The notes beneath the pieces are model-generated. The model was given only the letters and a program-made list of their open reading frames with translations. It did not search any database and was not told the origin of the DNA. A DNA stretch of 64,000 bases from assembly GCA_022448605.1 (NCBI GenBank), contig JAKVCM010000007.1, forward strand, positions 74,253 through 138,252, given 5' to 3'. Shown in pieces: positions 62,960 to 64,000 of the stretch. The number at the start of each line of letters is the position of its first letter. Position 1 is the stretch's first letter. The position numbers and the translations under genes are program-made. Origin of the DNA: Puniceicoccaceae bacterium (GTDB lineage: Bacteria > Verrucomicrobiota > Verrucomicrobiia > Opitutales > Coraliomargaritaceae).

Positions 62960-63598
62960 ATGATACAATTTTCTATTTTAGGCATTCCCGTTCGGGTGGA
63001 GCCATGGTTCTGGATCACGATGGCCTTTATCGGGGGTGGCCTCCATGCTGCCAATTCAACTGATATCTTGCTAGTGCTTGTCTTTGTCTTTGCGGGTTTT
63101 CTATCTATCATGATACATGAACTCGGGCACGCGCTTACCATTCGGAAATATGGCCTACCCGCAGCGATCACCCTGCGAGCCTTCGGTGGTTATGCCTCCT
63201 TCCCTACAGGTAAGCTGGATCGCAAACAATCATTTGTTGTGACCGCGGCGGGTCCTGCACTGCAGTTCGTATTCGGAGTGCTACTCATTGTCCTTGCTCC
63301 CAGTATTTCGATACCGGAAGGTTCTCTTTTTCTTCCCTTCCTCAGAGATTTGATTTGGGTCAGTATCGCATGGTCGATCCTAAATTGTCTACCAGTCTAT
63401 CCGATGGATGGTGGGCAAATGATGGCCGCGATTCTAGGTCCTAAGAAACAGCACAACGTCCATTTGATCAGTTCCATCGTTGCAGTCATAATCGGTGTCG
63501 CTGGATACCTCTATCTCGGTACTATCCTGTTACCCATTTTCATGGCACTCTTTGCATGGCAAAATTGGCAGTCTTACCAAGCTTCGTCTCCTCAGTAG
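62960..63598 (+). CDS. Site-2 protease (M50) family metalloprotease
   Basis: HELGH, AAGP, NCLPVYPMDGG. Confidence 0.9.
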   Translation: MIQFSILGIPVRVEPWFWITMAFIGGGLHAANSTDILLVLVFVFAGFLSIMIHELGHALTIRKYGLPAAITLRAFGGYASFPTGKLDRKQSFVVTAAGPALQFVFGVLLIVLAPSISIPEGSLFLPFLRDLIWVSIAWSILNCLPVYPMDGGQMMAAILGPKKQHNVHLISSIVAVIIGVAGYLYLGTILLPIFMALFAWQNWQSYQASSPQ

Positions 63599-63657
63599 CA
63601 ATCTATTTGCTGAATTGTATTCTTCCTATTTCCACTAGAAACGGTTTTATATATGCC

Positions 63658-64000
63658 ATGAAAACTGCTAAAATTGTCCTTAAAGAACTGGTTTTTTTTG
63701 CCCGACATGGGCTACTCGAAGAAGAAGCAAAGTTGGGGCAACGTTTCCACCTTGATGTAGTGGTCGAGCTCGATCCTTCACTCGATTTAGCAACAGATAG
63801 TCCAGAATCTACGGTGAATTACGTGGAACTCTTCGAAACGATCAAAAAAATTTTTACCAAGCAACGTTTTAATATGATTGAGGCAGCAGCCGATGCCATC
63901 GCAGTCGGCATACTTGAGCGTTTTGCCAAGCTTGTATCTGTGACGGTAGAGGTGAAAAAACCCTCCGTCCCCGTTGATTGCGTGTGCGACTACTTCGCTG
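63658..64000 (+). CDS. folB: Dihydroneopterin aldolase, 3' end beyond window edge
   Basis: Manual translation MKTAKIVLKELVFFARHGLLEEEAKLGQRFHLDV...TVNY...FNMIEA...VEVKKP. Confidence 0.9.
   Translation, partial: MKTAKIVLKELVFFARHGLLEEEAKLGQRFHLDVVVELDPSLDLATDSPESTVNYVELFETIKKIFTKQRFNMIEAAADAIAVGILERFAKLVSVTVEVKKPSVPVDCVCDYFA

Overview
Bacterial chromosomal window of about 50% GC with dense housekeeping genes. Biosynthetic genes are scattered rather than in operons (lysA, eno, purU, carB, ilvB, hemG, purD, hisC, trpD, glmM, folB). Other core genes include rne/rng, rodA, lepA, holB, nth, recR and ybaB. Gene style suggests a Verrucomicrobiota/Opitutales-like organism (inference only). No CRISPR array, rRNA, integrase or transposase was seen. 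Main points of interest: (1) an ExbB/TolQ/MotA-like gene followed by two paralogues with an ExbD/MotB-like Asp-containing TM helix fused to a coiled coil and a vWA domain, a candidate uncharacterised ion-driven envelope motor, flanked by a glycine-zipper lipoprotein and a TonB-dependent receptor, with a possible partner TPR/PEGA-like operon about 12 kb away; (2) a tRNA-Leu with the rare bacterial anticodon AAG; (3) a short OPX plus beta-barrel plus Wzc export locus whose Wzc has a Gly-Tyr repeat N-terminus; (4) a secreted 11-Cys small protein; (5) several decaying genes, some invisible in the ORF track (chrA deletion remnant, cNMP-FHA pseudogene, truncated GH13 and CBS genes); (6) two candidate non-coding RNAs. 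All calls come from motif reading by eye; no searches were run.
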